Shown here: in pieces, positions 24,429-38,162 of the stretch
Layout: every line of letters starts with the position of its first letter
Numbering within the stretch: position 1 is the first letter of the stretch
Assembly (NCBI RefSeq): GCF_036321535.1
Contig: NC_087437.1
Coordinates: 77,564,001-77,628,000 of the forward strand
From: Camelus dromedarius
Lineage: Eukaryota
Direction of reading: 5' to 3'
DNA length: 64,000 nt
Program-made: the position numbers and the translations under genes
The notes under the pieces: generated by a model
Told to the model about the DNA's origin: nothing
The model's database searches: none
Seen by the model: the letters and a program-made list of their open reading frames with translations, nothing else

Positions 24429-26468
24429 ACCGTGCATGTTTTGTTCTCTCTGGCACGCTGGTGAGCTTTCTGTCCAGGGAGCTCCGAGACTTCGGCGTTG
24501 ATCTTCTCTTTAGTTTACTCCCTGAAGAGAAGACTGGTGCTGTCAGACATCACCGTCCCCGAAGCCCCAGTTTAGGGGCTTCTGTGGCAGTCAGCAGTGT
24601 CATTTCACAAAGCTTTCACCGTAGCCGGTGTTATTGCTGAAATTTCCTGTGGTGGTAAGAGATCGGAGAAATTCAAAGAACTTGTAATTATTTGTTTTTA
24701 AGTTGAGGGATATTTCAATTAAATGTCTATATGCACAAATTGTGAATTTTATAATATTTCATCAATCACTGCCACTTAACTTTCAGTAAAACCTAAATTT
24801 TACTGTAGATATAAGCGTCAATTCTTTCTAATTGGGGAAAATATTGCTATGACATTATGTTCCCACAGGACCTTATGGGTACTTCTGTTGTAGGAGTTAC
24901 TCTAAATTGTGATGCTTTTTATTTAGAGGACTGTCTTCTCCATTAGACTGTTAATTCTTAAGGCCAGCGCCAAAATCTTACTTATCTTTGTGTTTCCTGG
25001 TACCTAAACACACTCAGTAGATATTTATTAAGTACAATAATAAATGCACATGCATGTTCACGTGGTCTTTGAGAGCAGTGGGCTGATCTTACACATCTTT
25101 TTCATTCCAATCTGGAGGCTGAATATGTATGTACAAAATGCTAAATTTGAGACTCTTTTTCAGTTCTGTTTCACAGTTGATGTTGTAAACAGATACCACA
25201 CATTTTGACATAATACCTCTTCTACCTGATTTTCTTCCTCTATTTTTTTCATTCTGTTGCCTCATTCATTCATTCGTTCATTTAAAAAATACTTCATTCC
25301 CTCAACTCCAAGAATGACTGTCAGTCATTGTCGAGCAGAAGGAATCAGTTTTCTTTTATCTGCCATTTGAAATACTTATCTCCATCTTTCTCCTCTTTTA
25401 TGAGTAGGTTGATGACTATATTGTGAAATTGTTTCTGTCTGTCTTAAGCATACTGCATTCTTTAAATTAGTAATGCTTCCATCATTGCATAGAGAACTGA
25501 GCTATTTGTATATTCCTGTTACCATGGTGATATCCTGCAGCTGGAATTTATAAATAGCATACTGAACATACAGAATGCATTTTTGTTTGTTTTGTAAGTT
25601 CATTTAGTACTGTTAATCTTACAGAAGCAAATAGAGCCTATAAATCTACACTACAGTGTATTGGTTGCCTTCCTTATTAGCTATTTTATGAGTTTCACTA
25701 GAAGATGTTTTACATTTTGCTTGAAATTGTATCATTGCCTGAGTTTTCAAAGCTGTCAGAATTTCTAGGATAATTGGATCTGAATGAGCCCTTAGAGGAA
25801 GTCCAGAGTGTGACTGGTAAGATCATATCCTTCTCTCTGACTTTAGTCAGATCAAAGCTAAGAAAAGGTGTCTGTTGCTAGTCAGAATTTTGTTTCATTT
25901 TGCCAGAGGTCCAAAGAATCTCAACAGTTCCTTAGCAATTACATTGATAGAACATACTTTTCACCAAATACATAAAATTACAAACAAAATAAATAAGGAT
26001 TTGATAAAAATAAATATTTTAACAGGTTGATCTAGTATGTGAACCGAGATTAATTCCTTTGATCTTAAAGATCGTTTTCTTAAGAGGATTTAAAATTGGA
26101 ATGAATGGCCACATGAGAAGAAAAACAGGTGTGACCAGGGGACAAAGGAATTATTCTTCTTTTATCTTTTTTACATTCTCCTAATGTTGCCACCATCAAT
26201 GAAAATACATATTGCTAATTTAATATATCATCTGATTCTTGCTTTTCCTAATAATAACGTGTGAAGAAAGGATCCGGAGTACTCCTGGTCCTGAGGAAAG
26301 AGTTCATGTGTGTAGATCAGTGTTTTTGCAGTGTTTTCAGGAGAGCGTTACCTTTTTAATGTGACTTGGATTCCAACCATAGGGGTGCAGTCCATGCTGG
26401 AACTTGTAAGGATAAAATTCACCCCAAAAGTGAAATTCAAAAATACCAATAGACATTCAAATGTAGAA

Positions 26469-26660
26469 CATGGTTCTCAGCTGCAAGCAGTTCTGCCTCC
26501 TGAGGGTGTTCAGAAATATGTGCGGACACTTTAGGTTTTCACAATGACTGAGAGGTGGGGGGAACCACTGACATTTAGTGGAGGAGGTTAGAGATGTGAA
26601 ACACCCTGCAACCCATGGGACAGTCCCTCCTAAGAAGAATTACTCTGACCACATGCCCAT
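26469..26660. mobile_element. MER20-like hAT-Charlie remnant
   Basis: tggttctca...cactgacatttagtgg...tgggacagtccc...aagaattact motifs. Confidence 0.7.
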
Positions 26661-27104
26661 GGCCTCCCCTCCCCTCCCGCTGTACCACACAGGCAGAGTC
26701 AGGGATGACAGTAAGCAATCCCAAAGTCACAGGTTCATTGTTTGCTGTTTAATTGCATTCTATTTCCTGGTCTTCTTAAAGCTCTCCATGCAAGATAGTA
26801 GCACTTTCTTTGATTAACAAAGAAAAAAACTGCCTTGTCTAAATACAATATGATGCTGTAGGGGACCTTGAAGACATGGTACATATTCCTCAGAAATGGC
26901 TTGAAGATGTAGTAGTTTAGGAGAAGCAAGCGCTTGAACTCTGGTGCTTAGTTTGGGGTTGGCCTCCAGAGGTGGACTGAGCTCTCGGCGGGCAGAGGCC
27001 GTGCTCTGCCCCTCTTTCATTCTCAGAGGCTTGCATAGTGCCTGACACACAGTATATGACATTGAGAAAGTGGTTTTGGGGTTTTTTTCCCCACTGGATG
27101 ATTA

Positions 27105-27335
27105 TTGTACTGTTCTTAAGAGAGCTGTGGTCCTTGGAGTCCAGCAACTTGGGTCCATGTTCTAGTTTTGCTACTTAGTGTCTGTGTGCCTTGCATTGGT
27201 GATTTCGCTACCTGTGCCTCGGTGACCTTGTCTGTGAAACCTTGCCTCTTAGGGTTGAGGTTAAATGAGTTAATAAATGTAACGCTGTTGAACACTGCTG
27301 TGTACATAGTAAATGTTAAGTATTAGCTGTTAGTA
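27105..27335 (+). mobile_element. MIR SINE
   Basis: tgaggttaaatgagttaataaatgtaacgc...acatagtaaatgtt 3' part and a tRNA-like 5' part. Confidence 0.75.
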
Positions 27336-28611
27336 ACATAATTTTTTATATAGTGTTATTTAAAACTCCTGAAATATTGCTGTATTTCTGAGAATAAAAT
27401 ATCAGTATTTTTAAGATGTCTATGGGAGCTTTTTCCTTTTAGATACTGTCACCTGTCATTCTTTAGGAAGAAATAGACATCACAACTGGATTGACGTGGC
27501 AAGAGGTGGCTTGTATTTTTTAAGTACATTCATGTCTACATAGTTATGGTTTCTTTGCATGGCCATATTAAAATATTTACTAGAAGACTATCGTTTAGGT
27601 TTAAAACTCAGAGAAAACAGAGTTGCCAGCATTGTCAACTGACATACTATTTTAAGGACGAAATAATTTAGATAAAGCTTACAGTAGTTTTATTTTCTAC
27701 ATAAGTAATTTGAAATGATTACGTATTCTCTGAAGTAGGGTGAAGGACTTCAGTCACTAAATAGTAGCTTAATTTTCAAAGAAGCTTAATTGGTATTTTG
27801 CGGGCAATCGGGGTTTCACATGAGGGCATTTTTCAGTGACTAGAATTAATTCCCTTAATTCCCAGAATGTTCTTGTTTTTCAGCCATTTTTATGGAAATA
27901 TTTCTAAGTTATATGTCACCCTTCCCTGACTTCTCAAAATTGGCTGTGCAGCTGAGTGAACCAAAGGGCATAAGAAGCCACCACAGTCAACATGACAAAC
28001 TTCTTAAGGCTTATGTTTTGCTGCAAGATTTAAGGGGAGTGTATACCAACAGAGGAGAACCGTAAATTTGAATTAAAGTCACATATATATATTTGGATCA
28101 GAATGTGAAATTCATACAAATGTTTAGAGTAAAACGTGAAACTTCAAAGAAATTCCAGGGCTAAGGAGGCTGGTCACAGGCTAGGATATTACGTTCTTCT
28201 TATAAAAGGTACTTGAAGGAGAAGCCATGCTGCTCTGCGTAGTTAATGCTGTTTAGCATTTTAATGGCGAGGGCCCTTGGGGTGATTCCACGTGTGAAGC
28301 TGTTTGCACTTCTTTAAAGTAGACCTGATTGGGAATTTTATCCGCTGCCTCCCTGTCAAACCTCAGAGAAGTCAGCATTTCTCCGCATGTAAGTTTCTAT
28401 TTTCCTTTTCTCCATTGCTTCTAATTTGGAGTATCTAAAAATTTACGTAAGTTATTAGTGGACTGTAAACAATAATAATTTAAAATATTGAACCTCATTT
28501 TACACACAAATTAAATGTCCATATTCTCAGTAAGCTAGCAAGATACTTACTTAGGCTCTGTTCTTACAGGGAGAAATGCATCAGAATTCTTTCCGTTTAG
28601 GTAGACTTTTC

Positions 28612-30390
28612 TCTTTTTTTGGTTTTTTGTTTGTTTGTTTGTTTTTTTATTTTGTATTTTCAGACTTTTAGAGCAGTTTTAGGTTCACCGAAAAATTGAG
28701 GGGAATGGACAGAGATTTCTCACATACCTTCTGCCCCGCTCAGGCGTAGCCTCCCCCACTTGCAACATCCCCCACTGGAGTGACTACATTTGTCATAACT
28801 GAAGAACCTCCATGGACACGTCATTCTCATCTAAAGTCCATAGTTTACAGTAGGGTTCACTTCTGGTGTATGTTTTACAGGTTTGTACAAATGTATAGTG
28901 ACAAGTATAGGATCATGCAGAGTATTTTCACTGCCCTAAACATCCTCTGTGTTCTTCCTGTTCATCCCCTGACCAAAGCCCCCAGCAACCACTGGTCTTT
29001 CTACTGTTTCCATACATTGGCCTTTTGCAGAATGTCATATGGTTGGAATCAGGCGATACATAGCCTTCTCAGATTGGCTTCTTTCACTTAGTAACATGCA
29101 TTTAAAATTCCTCCATATCCTTTCACGGCTCAACATGGCTCTTTTCTTTTTAGTGCTGAATAATATTCCATGGTCTGGATATACCACAGTTTGTTATCCA
29201 TTCAGCTGCTAAAGGGCATCTTGATTGCTTCCAAGTTTTGGCAGTTATGAATAAAACAGTTACAAACATCTGTGTGCAGGCTTTTGTGTGGACGTAGGTT
29301 TTCAGCTCCTTTGGGTGAATATCAAGGTGTTTGATTGCTGTATTGTATGTTAAGAGTATGTTTACTTTTGTAAAAACCACTAAACTGTCTTCCGAAGTGG
29401 CTGTACCATTTTGCATCCCCACCAGCAGTGAAAAAGAGTTCTGTTGTTCCACGTCCTCATCAGCTTTGGTGTTGTCAGTACTCTGGATTTTGACCGTTCA
29501 GAAAGGTGTACGGTTGTATCTTATTGTGGTTTTAATTTACATTTCCCTGATGACGTATGATGTGCACCATCTTCTCATATACTGATTTGCCATCTGTATA
29601 TCCTTGGTGAGGCATCTGTTAAGGTCTTTGGCTCATTTTAAGAATCTGATTGTTTTCTTACTGTTGAGTTTTATGAATTTTTTGTATATTTTAGATAACA
29701 GTTCTTTGTTAGATGTGTATTTTCCAAAGGGTTTCTTCTAGTTTGTGCCTTATCTTTTTATTCTCTTGATAGCTGCTTTCACAGAACAGAAATTTTTAAT
29801 TGTCATGATGTCTTATCTGTTATTTCTTTCATGGATGGTGACTTTAGCATTATAACTAAAAAGTGATCACCAGGTACAGGGTCGTCCAGATTTATCCTAT
29901 GTTATCGTCTAGGAGTTTTATAATTTGGCAATTTACATTTACGTTTTGGTCCATTTTGAGTCACTTTCGTGAAGGATGTAAGGTCTATGTCCAGATTTTT
30001 TTTTTTTTGCATATGAATGTCCAGTTGTTCAGCACCATTTGTTGGAAAGACTGACATAGCTCCATTGTATTACTTTTACTCCTTTGTCAAAATCAGTTGA
30101 CTGTATTTTGGAGGATCTATTTCTGGGTTCTCTGCTATGTTCCATTCGTGTGGTGTTTGTCTCTCGTTTTGCCAATACCACATGGTCTTGATTAGTATAG
30201 CTTTATAGTAGGTCTTGAAGTCACGTTGTATCAGTCCTCTAACTTTGTTCTTCTCCTTGACTGTCATGTTGGCTGTTCTGGGTCTTCTGTCTCCATCGAA
30301 ACTTCAGAATCAGTCTGACCATACCTGAAAAGTAACTTGCTGAGGGTCTAACTGGGATTGCTTTCCATCTGCAGATCAGGTTGGGAGGAC
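28612..30390 (-). mobile_element. L1MC1-like element (3' UTR + ORF2 end)
   Basis: Diagnostic ttagagcagttttaggttcac 3' end; ORFs 29150..29452 and 30076..30267 translate to ORF2 peptides (LKTYVHTKACTQMF...AKTWKQ; DFKTYYKAILIKTMWYW). Confidence 0.92.
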
Positions 30391-30601
30391 TTTTCTTTTT
30401 CAACTCTGAGTTTCTTCCTAAATTCCTACAGGTTGAGATTTCTGGAAATGTGGCTGTGGATAAGTGCCAAATGATTGTATTACTCTTACGCACATTCCTA
30501 ATAGAAGTTTCTTTTTATTGTCAAAAAGGGAATAGTGGTACAGTACTGCAAAACAGACAACGTAAGTCGTTACCTATACTATAAATTACATATGGAGGGG
30601 T

Positions 30602-30603
<2 letters not shown>

Positions 30604-30648
<45 letters not shown>
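30604..30648. repeat. (GT)22 microsatellite
   Basis: Pure dinucleotide run seen directly. Confidence 0.97.
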
Positions 30649-30652
<4 letters not shown>

Positions 30653-32538
30653 TTTCTATAATGTATACCTTCAGAATAATATTCTGCATAGGCTACTATT
30701 TCAAAGTCTTTTCATTTTGTTATGTTCACAAATTAATATGAGAAAGGACCAAGAGAACAGTTAGTAGTAAAGAAAATATTCAAATATTTAATTTTTTTTC
30801 TATTTTATTAGAATATTTTTTGTGATAAAAGCTTTATCAGTGTCCTTCATTAATTTTCATGCATGTAGAGAAAAATGTTGTCCTTTTAATCATCCTTAAT
30901 AATACGTGTATCTACCTTGTTCAGATAGGAAAATTCATTAAGTGAAAATCTTCTTAGAAATATTATAAAAATGACTCTGATTATCTCTGGGATTGTCAGA
31001 ACTCTCATCATATTAGTAATTGGAGAGGTTTTCTCTTGTCCTGTTTTTAATAACAGCCTAGCTAGGTTTGAAGTTTCTCACCAAATGTTTTGCCATTTCC
31101 ATAATAATGGATCTTATTAAAGCTTTTATGAAATCACTCTTTAAAAGGTGTGGATAAAGTGAAGAGTGACTAAAATAGAATGAGTCCCCGAATATTATTG
31201 GTAATTGCTAAGCATGCTGAGATGGACTTTTAACTACTTGGTCCTTTTCTCTAAGGATTTTCTGTTTAAATTGCACTCCGGATTTCTCTATTCCTTGTGA
31301 TAGTCATTAGCATCCTATTCTAGGTGCTGAAGAATTCTGTAAATTTTGTCAGAGAGGGAAAGGATGGCATTTATTCATTTCAAGAAGCAAAGGGTTGGGA
31401 AAAATTGATGAGAATGTAGACATAAAAGAATTGACTGTGGTCTTTAAATTTCTAGAGACCCGGATTCCAGTCGGTTAGATGTGCTCATCAACTACCAGGA
31501 TTAAAGAACTCAAGAGAAATTGTTAGTTAGATAGGCGGGTGTGATGATAATGCAGGCGGGAATCACGGCACCCAGCTTGTGTATTTTGAAAGGAGCTGAA
31601 ATGAACAAAGATCATTTATTCTGAAGTTCTGAAAGCAAGTATAGTACTAGGGAAAAAAAGTGAGAATTACCTAAAATCAAGATGAAGGATTGGAATTAGT
31701 TAGATCATCTATCCTGTAACTTGAAAGGATGATTCCATAAATGATTTTCTTTATGTTTTGCAATAAATTCTGCACAGTTAGTACTGTGTCCACATCCTCC
31801 TCCCTGTACTTCACTAGTTAATTTTTTCTTAGCTTTCCTTTTTCTTATTCTCACCTGATAAGAGTGGACAGATAGAGATGAAGGAGTGACAAAGAAAGGA
31901 TTTCATTTAAGGCAGTGGCAACAAAGGTGTGATCATTTTAAGAATGCCTTGATTAATATACTTTTTATTGTGCTAATTAGATTTTATTTATTCATTAGGA
32001 GAGTAGAACCAGAAAAGCAGAGGTAAAAATCTCTGCCATGAAAAAAAAAAAAGAAAACAAACTGGGAAAAAAATATTTACCACAGCTGAAACAGAAAGAG
32101 GGTAACTATGTGATCATATAAAGAGCTCATTCGGATCAGTTGAGGGGTAAACAGAGGAATGTGATGGATGGTGAGACAAAGAGCATAACATGCATGAGGC
32201 CTTGTGTTAGGCTTCTTTCCTCCTTAGACTTTCAAATAGGAAGGGAAGGAAAATATAATTGGTAATTACTTACATAAATTAAAAGTAACCTTTCATGTGA
32301 CCATCTACTAAAAATGTTTACACAGGTTCATGCTTAGCATTTAAATTTCACCAGCATTAAAAGTTAATGCACTAAAAATAAACTTACCATATTATACAGC
32401 AATCCCACTCCTGGAATATATCCAGAGAAAACTTTAGTTCAAAAAGGTTCTTGCACCCCATTGTTCATAGCAGCACTATATACAATAGCCAAGATATAGA
32501 AACAGCCTAAATGTCCATCAACAGATGATTAGATAAAG

Positions 32539-32541
<3 letters not shown>

Positions 32542-32578
<37 letters not shown>
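32542..32578. repeat. (AC)18 microsatellite inside L1
   Basis: Pure run seen directly. Confidence 0.95.
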
Positions 32579-32580
<2 letters not shown>

Positions 32581-32702
32581 GGAATATTACTCAGCCATAA
32601 AAAATAATAAAATAATGCCATTTGTAGCAACATGGTTGAACCTGGACATTGCCATTCTAAGTGAAGTAAGCCAGAAAGAGAAAGAAAAATGCAGTTTGAG
32701 AA

Positions 32703-32846
32703 GGGGAGGGTATAGCTCAGCCGTAGAGTGCATGCTTAGCATGCATCAGGTCCTGGGTTCAATCCCCAGTACCTCCATTAGAAAAACAAGTAAACAAACG
32801 TAATTACTCCCTTCAAAAAATAAATTAAATTAAAATAAAATAAATA
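32703..32846 (+). mobile_element. tRNA-Ala(AGC)-derived SINE (vic-1-like), nested in an L1
   Basis: GGGGAGGGTATAGCTCAGCCGTAGAGTGCATGCTTAGCATGCATCAGGTCCTGGGTTCAATCCCCAGTACCTCCA closely follows tRNA-Ala-AGC; A-rich tail; AAAATGC repeated at 32686-32692 and 32853-32859. Confidence 0.9.
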
Positions 32847-34639
32847 TTTTTTAAAATGCCACATTATATGTGGAATTAAAAAAAAAAAAAAGACAAGTAG
32901 TGAACTTACTTACAGAACAGATCAGACTCACAGACATAGAAAACAGAGAAGTGGTTACCAGAGAAGTGGTGTGGGAAGGGATAAATTGGGAGTTTGTGAT
33001 TGCAGATACTAACTACTTTATATGAAATAGATAAACAGCAAGTTCATACTGTATAGCACAGGAAACCATATTCAATATCTTGTAACCTCTGGTGAAGAAG
33101 AATATGAGAACAGATGTATGTATGTTCCTATGTGACTGAAGTATTGTGCTGTACACTGGAAATTGACACAACATTGTAAACTGACTACTTCAATTTAAAA
33201 AATTAAAAAGTTAATGCAGAATTTCAATACCATTGTTGCAGAATTGTTCATAGAGATGGCAAAAATGCTTCAGCAAAGAATAATGCATTATTATCTAAAG
33301 GGCACTATTAAATTATCTACTTTTACATGAGAATTTTACTATAATTTAGGAGAGCTCTGGAAAATGAAACAGTTAGACCACATAGTCAATAAAGATAAAA
33401 CACTTTTTGTTTCTTCACATACTAATATGTCCTCCATAAAATTCTTCTAAGCCAGTTTACAGATACTGTGATGCTTCAGAATGAGTTAGATTTTCAGGAG
33501 GACACTGTAAAATCATCTTGAGAGTATAGTGTGAATTGTTCTAAGCAAGGTCTGCTTCAGATGACCTTCACAGAACTTCAGAGCGTGCTGGTCTTGAAGT
33601 TCAAGGTTATTGCTGCACCACGCACAGTGGTTTGGATGTCTGTCCTGAGGATTTTCAGTATACCCTTTCAGTATCTTAACAACTCACCCATTTCAAATCA
33701 AGTCCATCTCATTATTTAAATATACTCGGAATTTGGTAACTGCTTGACTGTTGATAATTAAAGCAGAGGTCAAATTCTCAGGGCAGCGGTGGTCTGTTTG
33801 CTCTGTCAGAATTCTCTTTCCTATTCCAGGTAATTAGGGAAGCAGAGAGACAGCTGTGGGTGAGAAGTGCTTGGAGGAGCACAAGTCTCATTCAGCAGTC
33901 TTTGCATTGTATGCACCTAGCACTGAAAAACTTCTCCACAAGTAACTGAAAGCATGAACTGCTGTGTATTCTCTGTACCTATATGTAAAAATTATTTAGG
34001 GTAGGAATTGTGTGGATAGCTTTGCTTCTTGTATCTTTTTTTGTAAAGGATAATAACCAGGTCATCAAAGCATTTTTTCATCAGGTAACAGTTTCGCTTG
34101 TTCTCAGAGAATGTAATTATCCCTAATGGGAATTATGGAGAGTTAGGTGTCCTGTGACGTCCCCTCACTGAATTGCTGTAATAGTGTGATGCATGTAGTT
34201 TGACACCAGGATTTTTTTTTTTTTTCTGTTCTGTCTGTGATCATTTGGGTGTCGGTTTTACTCCATAAGGTTCAAATTCATGACCATGTGAGGCTCCATG
34301 ACTTTTGGGGTAAAACTGTCATTTTATCAAGAATGACTGGCTGCATTAAAATCAGCTTCTGCCTATAGTTTCTGCTTTTTCTCCTTCTTCTGAGTAACAA
34401 TTGAATTTTTTTTTGCCTTATCACAAGGTAAGAGATATAAAAAAGAATCGGGAAATTAATGAAAAGTTTCTTAAAATTTACGTGTAAAAGTGTATCTAAA
34501 TTTACTGATCTACTTTAAGTTATTTGGCACCTATTGAGACAGACAAAGAATTGACAGTTCAGCAAAGTCATGACAATATTCAGGTATACATGAGGTATGA
34601 TCTGGAAACTTCTGCTTAGCCACTCAGATTTATTTTTAA

Positions 34640-34945
34640 AAAGCCTTTACAAGGGGGGAGCGTAAGTCCCCACTCTTTTAGTGTGGGCTGCACATAATAA
34701 CTTCCTTACAAGGAGTCCATTAAGGGAAGGGGGAGGAAAAGTAAGTCCCTTCACAAGGTAGAAACCTTCACAGTCAGTATGTCAGCCAGTTAGTCAAGGT
34801 CAGGATCACCAGTGATGCATCATTGATAGCGTGGACCCTTGATGTGATGTGGATCCAGTGTTATTTTACCAACATGGTCTTACTTTCAAAAACCTGTAAC
34901 TCCATTCTAATTACCAGAAAACCATCAAACTCCAATTTTAGGAAA
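34640..34945 (+). mobile_element. L1MD/L1MC-type 3' UTR fragment
   Basis: tccccactcttttagtgtgggctgcacata...cccttgatgtgatgtg resembles the recalled consensus. Confidence 0.7.
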
Positions 34946-36103
34946 TCAGGAAAAAACCACACATGATGTAACTAAGTGGACATGAAGACAAACTTTCAGT
35001 GAAGGACAGAAAGGCTGAATCTTTCTCACTGTTGCTAAGGTAGAAATTAAACTGTCAGTTGACACTGACTACTCTTGTAAAAGTGAGTATTGTTAGGGGG
35101 AAAATGACTTAAAAATAAGTTTAAAACTCTTTATAAATACTAGCAATTAGGAAACAGATGAATATCAAAACATGCTAGATTAGTGTAGGTATAAAAATTC
35201 TCCAAAGAGCTGGGAACTTAGCCTTGAAAAGGAAACTGCCTGATATTTCAGAACAGAATATTGTCTGTCCTAGTGAGACTATCTGACTATAATTAGGATA
35301 GCTTTTATATCAATTAGGAATCAGGTTTTGTCACACTAAAAAAAAAACAAACAAAAAACCCAAAAAACTTCAAAAAGTAGAAAGGATTACCTACATAGAG
35401 ATCAAGGTACTTGTTAATGGTTTTTTGATGCTGTTTTATTTACCAGAAAACATGGACTCCCTGTAACAGCATAGAAATAGATCAGGTTTTTAGAAGTGCA
35501 AACGTTCCCAGATTTAATTGCTTTTAAAGAACATTTAACTTGAGAATTTCTTTTCCATGTGAAGGCTTGGGGAAAAGTATTTGAGTGTAAAGCTGTTTAT
35601 GTTAAATACACCAATTTTTTTAAACCCTGTCTGATTTAATTGGTTTGCTGAAAAGCAGATTATGCACCAGGTACATATTTTATATGGAACGAAATGACTT
35701 CTAAGTTCTAGAATGTACCATAAACCAGAGACCTAGGAAAACTAGAATACAAATAATCAAGAACAATGTGCATTATTGCATTGCGTGTTTCTGGTTTCCT
35801 CATAAAACAAAGACAAGTTTCTAGAAGAATGCCTGCATTTGATTATTTTTAAGCTACACTTCTGCTGTTCTTTTCCTAGACCCTTCCTGCAATACGCAGG
35901 AGAACCGAATCCACTTACTCTTTACATAATACTGCCCTTGAGGGACAGTGCGAGCGCTTTCCATCTATTAATCAGAGTAAACTGAGTGAGTTTATTTTAA
36001 CAGATGTTCAGTGGATTCATTCTCACAACCACATGTCTCAAGAACTGAAAGGTATACACTTTACCCATCAAATAAATAGCATCGTTCTCCTTTTATGCTC
36101 TAG

Positions 36104-36289
36104 TGCACTGACAGGCAGAACTCCCCCGTCACATCACCAGGCTCCTCTCCCCTCGCGCAGAGAAGAAAGCCACATCCAGACCCTCTCCAGATCCCACACC
36201 TCAGCCTGCCACCAGTGCCGCCTCGCCTGGATCTCATTCAGAAAGGCATAGTTCGGTCTCCCTGTGGCAGCCCAACGGGTTCACCAAAG
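36104..36289 (+). CDS. CBLB: CBLB exon 11 ([62 protein letters not shown])
   Basis: Acceptor ctctAG (36102-36103), donor GTAAAT at 36290; 186 nt, phase 0-0. The ORF track shows this region in a different frame. Confidence 0.96.
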
Positions 36290-37796
36290 GTAAATCAGCT
36301 TTATCAGGAGCCCAGAGACTAGTTTTATGTGATGATTATTGATTGCTCGGGTTTTTAAGATTCCATCACTCATATTTCTTGTGCTCTTGTTTATGAACAA
36401 CTTTGACGGGTCTCTCATTTTGTTTATGGAGATCTACTCTCATATTCCTCACTTTGTTACTGTAAAAGTTACATAATTGTTCAGAGCAAGCACATGTGTA
36501 TAACAGCCCCCAAATCTGCTAAAATAAACAGTAAAGCAGGTATAGTCACTCTGTAAAATGGATTTAAAAGGTCATTGTATGTATTAAAATAAATTGCATG
36601 CTCTCATTAGATAATATTTTACACTCATTTTCATAGTGTCACGACAAGAAAAATGTTATAGGAGCATATTTGCATAAGGGCTTAAGATTTGATGGATTGT
36701 CACCCATGTTTCAAGGTGACTCAGAAGAGGGAATTGTATGTGCTTTTTATACCTGAAGGAATTAATTACAAAGAGTTTCAGTATTTGCAAAGTAATTACA
36801 TTACTGTTTAGTATTAAAGACATAATTCTATCTGTAAATCTAAACTCATAGTTTAATTCTGTGCGGATTTTTTCCAGATATTATAAGGACTGTAAATATA
36901 AGGTTTTAAACATTAATCCCATTTGGTAATAATGCTTTATGGTCTACAGCTTGTTGGAAGCACAGTATTTTAGTTATATTGGCCTTTTCCCCATCATAGT
37001 TAAAACTTGGTTTTAGGATCATGTTAAGACTTTTTAGGATGTTATTTAGTCAGAATTATGTAAACAGACAACACGTTCCTTTTTTCTTTAATATTTTCTA
37101 ACAACAAAAGCGCAAATCATTGATCAGATGAACTATGTAAATAAAAATAGAACCTGTGAAAGTCACATAGATGCAATTCAGGAACTCATACCTTCATATT
37201 TTCACATAAGAATCAGACTAATTTTTAAGAATCCATAAAATTCAAGTAAGGTCTATAAATACTGTTGCTCTATCATTTGTGATTGTTCACTGCTCTGGTA
37301 ATAACTGGTGAAACACAGAAACCGAGCACATTTGGCCCTTGTCAGTTGCTCTGTCTTGCAGTGGTGAGCACTTTCCAGAGATATTACAAATCAAGTTGAT
37401 CTTTAAAAAAGTAAAACAACAGCTTTGATGGTTTCTGCTGACTCTCTTAAATCATAGAAACATGGAAATATGATGACTCATTATTGTTTTGATGTCAACC
37501 AGTGAAAATCACCGTATGATTTTGATCTACTTTTTCCTAAAGTCTTTATAATCCTAACATTTGAGTTTATATGTTCTTTTTCTACAAAGAAATCCTAATG
37601 AGATATATTGGAGTTTTTCATTAATTTTTAAAATTTTCATTAATTGGTGATAAAGGAAGCTCATTAAAACTTGGCATAGGAATCTAATAAAGCTCTATTA
37701 TGGCTTAGAAAACAAAGGCAGTGATACACCAATCTGGAAGTCATTTCAGTGCCTGGAATGCCTTTTAATTTTTTTTTCCCTCCTATGTCTCTTTAG

Positions 37797-38162
37797 TCTT
37801 CTCCTTGCATGGTGAGAAAACAAGATAAACCACTCCCAGCACCACCTCCTCCCTTAAGAGACCCCCCTCCCCCTCCCCCTGAGAGACCGCCCCCAATCCC
37901 ACCTGACAACAGACTGAGCCGTCACTTCCATCATGTGGAAAGTGTGCCTTCCAGAGACCAGCCGATGCCTCTTGAAGCCTGGTGCCCTCGGGATGTGTTT
38001 GGGACAAATCAGTCGGTGGGATGTCGACCCCTAGGGGACGGCTCTCCCAAGCCTGGAATCACAGCGAGTTCAAGTGTGAACGGAAGGCACAGCAGAATGG
38101 GCTCTGACCCTGTGCTTTTGCGGAAACACAGACGCCATGATTTGCCTTCAGAAGGAGCCAAG
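37797..38162 (+). CDS. CBLB: CBLB exon 12: proline-rich SH3-binding region ([37 protein letters not shown]...LPSEGAK)
   Basis: Acceptor ctttAG (37795-37796), donor GTAAGA at 38163; 366 nt, phase 0-0; overlaps ORF 37809..38189. Confidence 0.98.

Larger units (their letters stand above)
32372..33205 (+). mobile_element. 5'-truncated L1 (ORF2 end + 3' UTR), sense to CBLB, interrupted by (CA)n and a SINE
   Basis: ORF2-tail motifs (cagcaatcccactcctgg, EYYSAIK...MPFVATW); perfect 13-bp TSD AAAAGTTAATGCA at 32359-32371 and 33206-33218 with TT/AAAA endonuclease site. Confidence 0.92.

Noticed and set aside
26990..27011. 8-bp GC hairpin GGGCAGAG/CTCTGCCC
   Set aside because: Too short for a pre-miRNA and lies in L2-like decayed sequence.
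32703..32777. Possible functional tRNA-Ala(AGC) gene
   Set aside because: It has extra 5' bases and substitutions, is followed by a SINE body and A-rich tail rather than a T-run terminator, and sits inside an L1; it is a SINE head.
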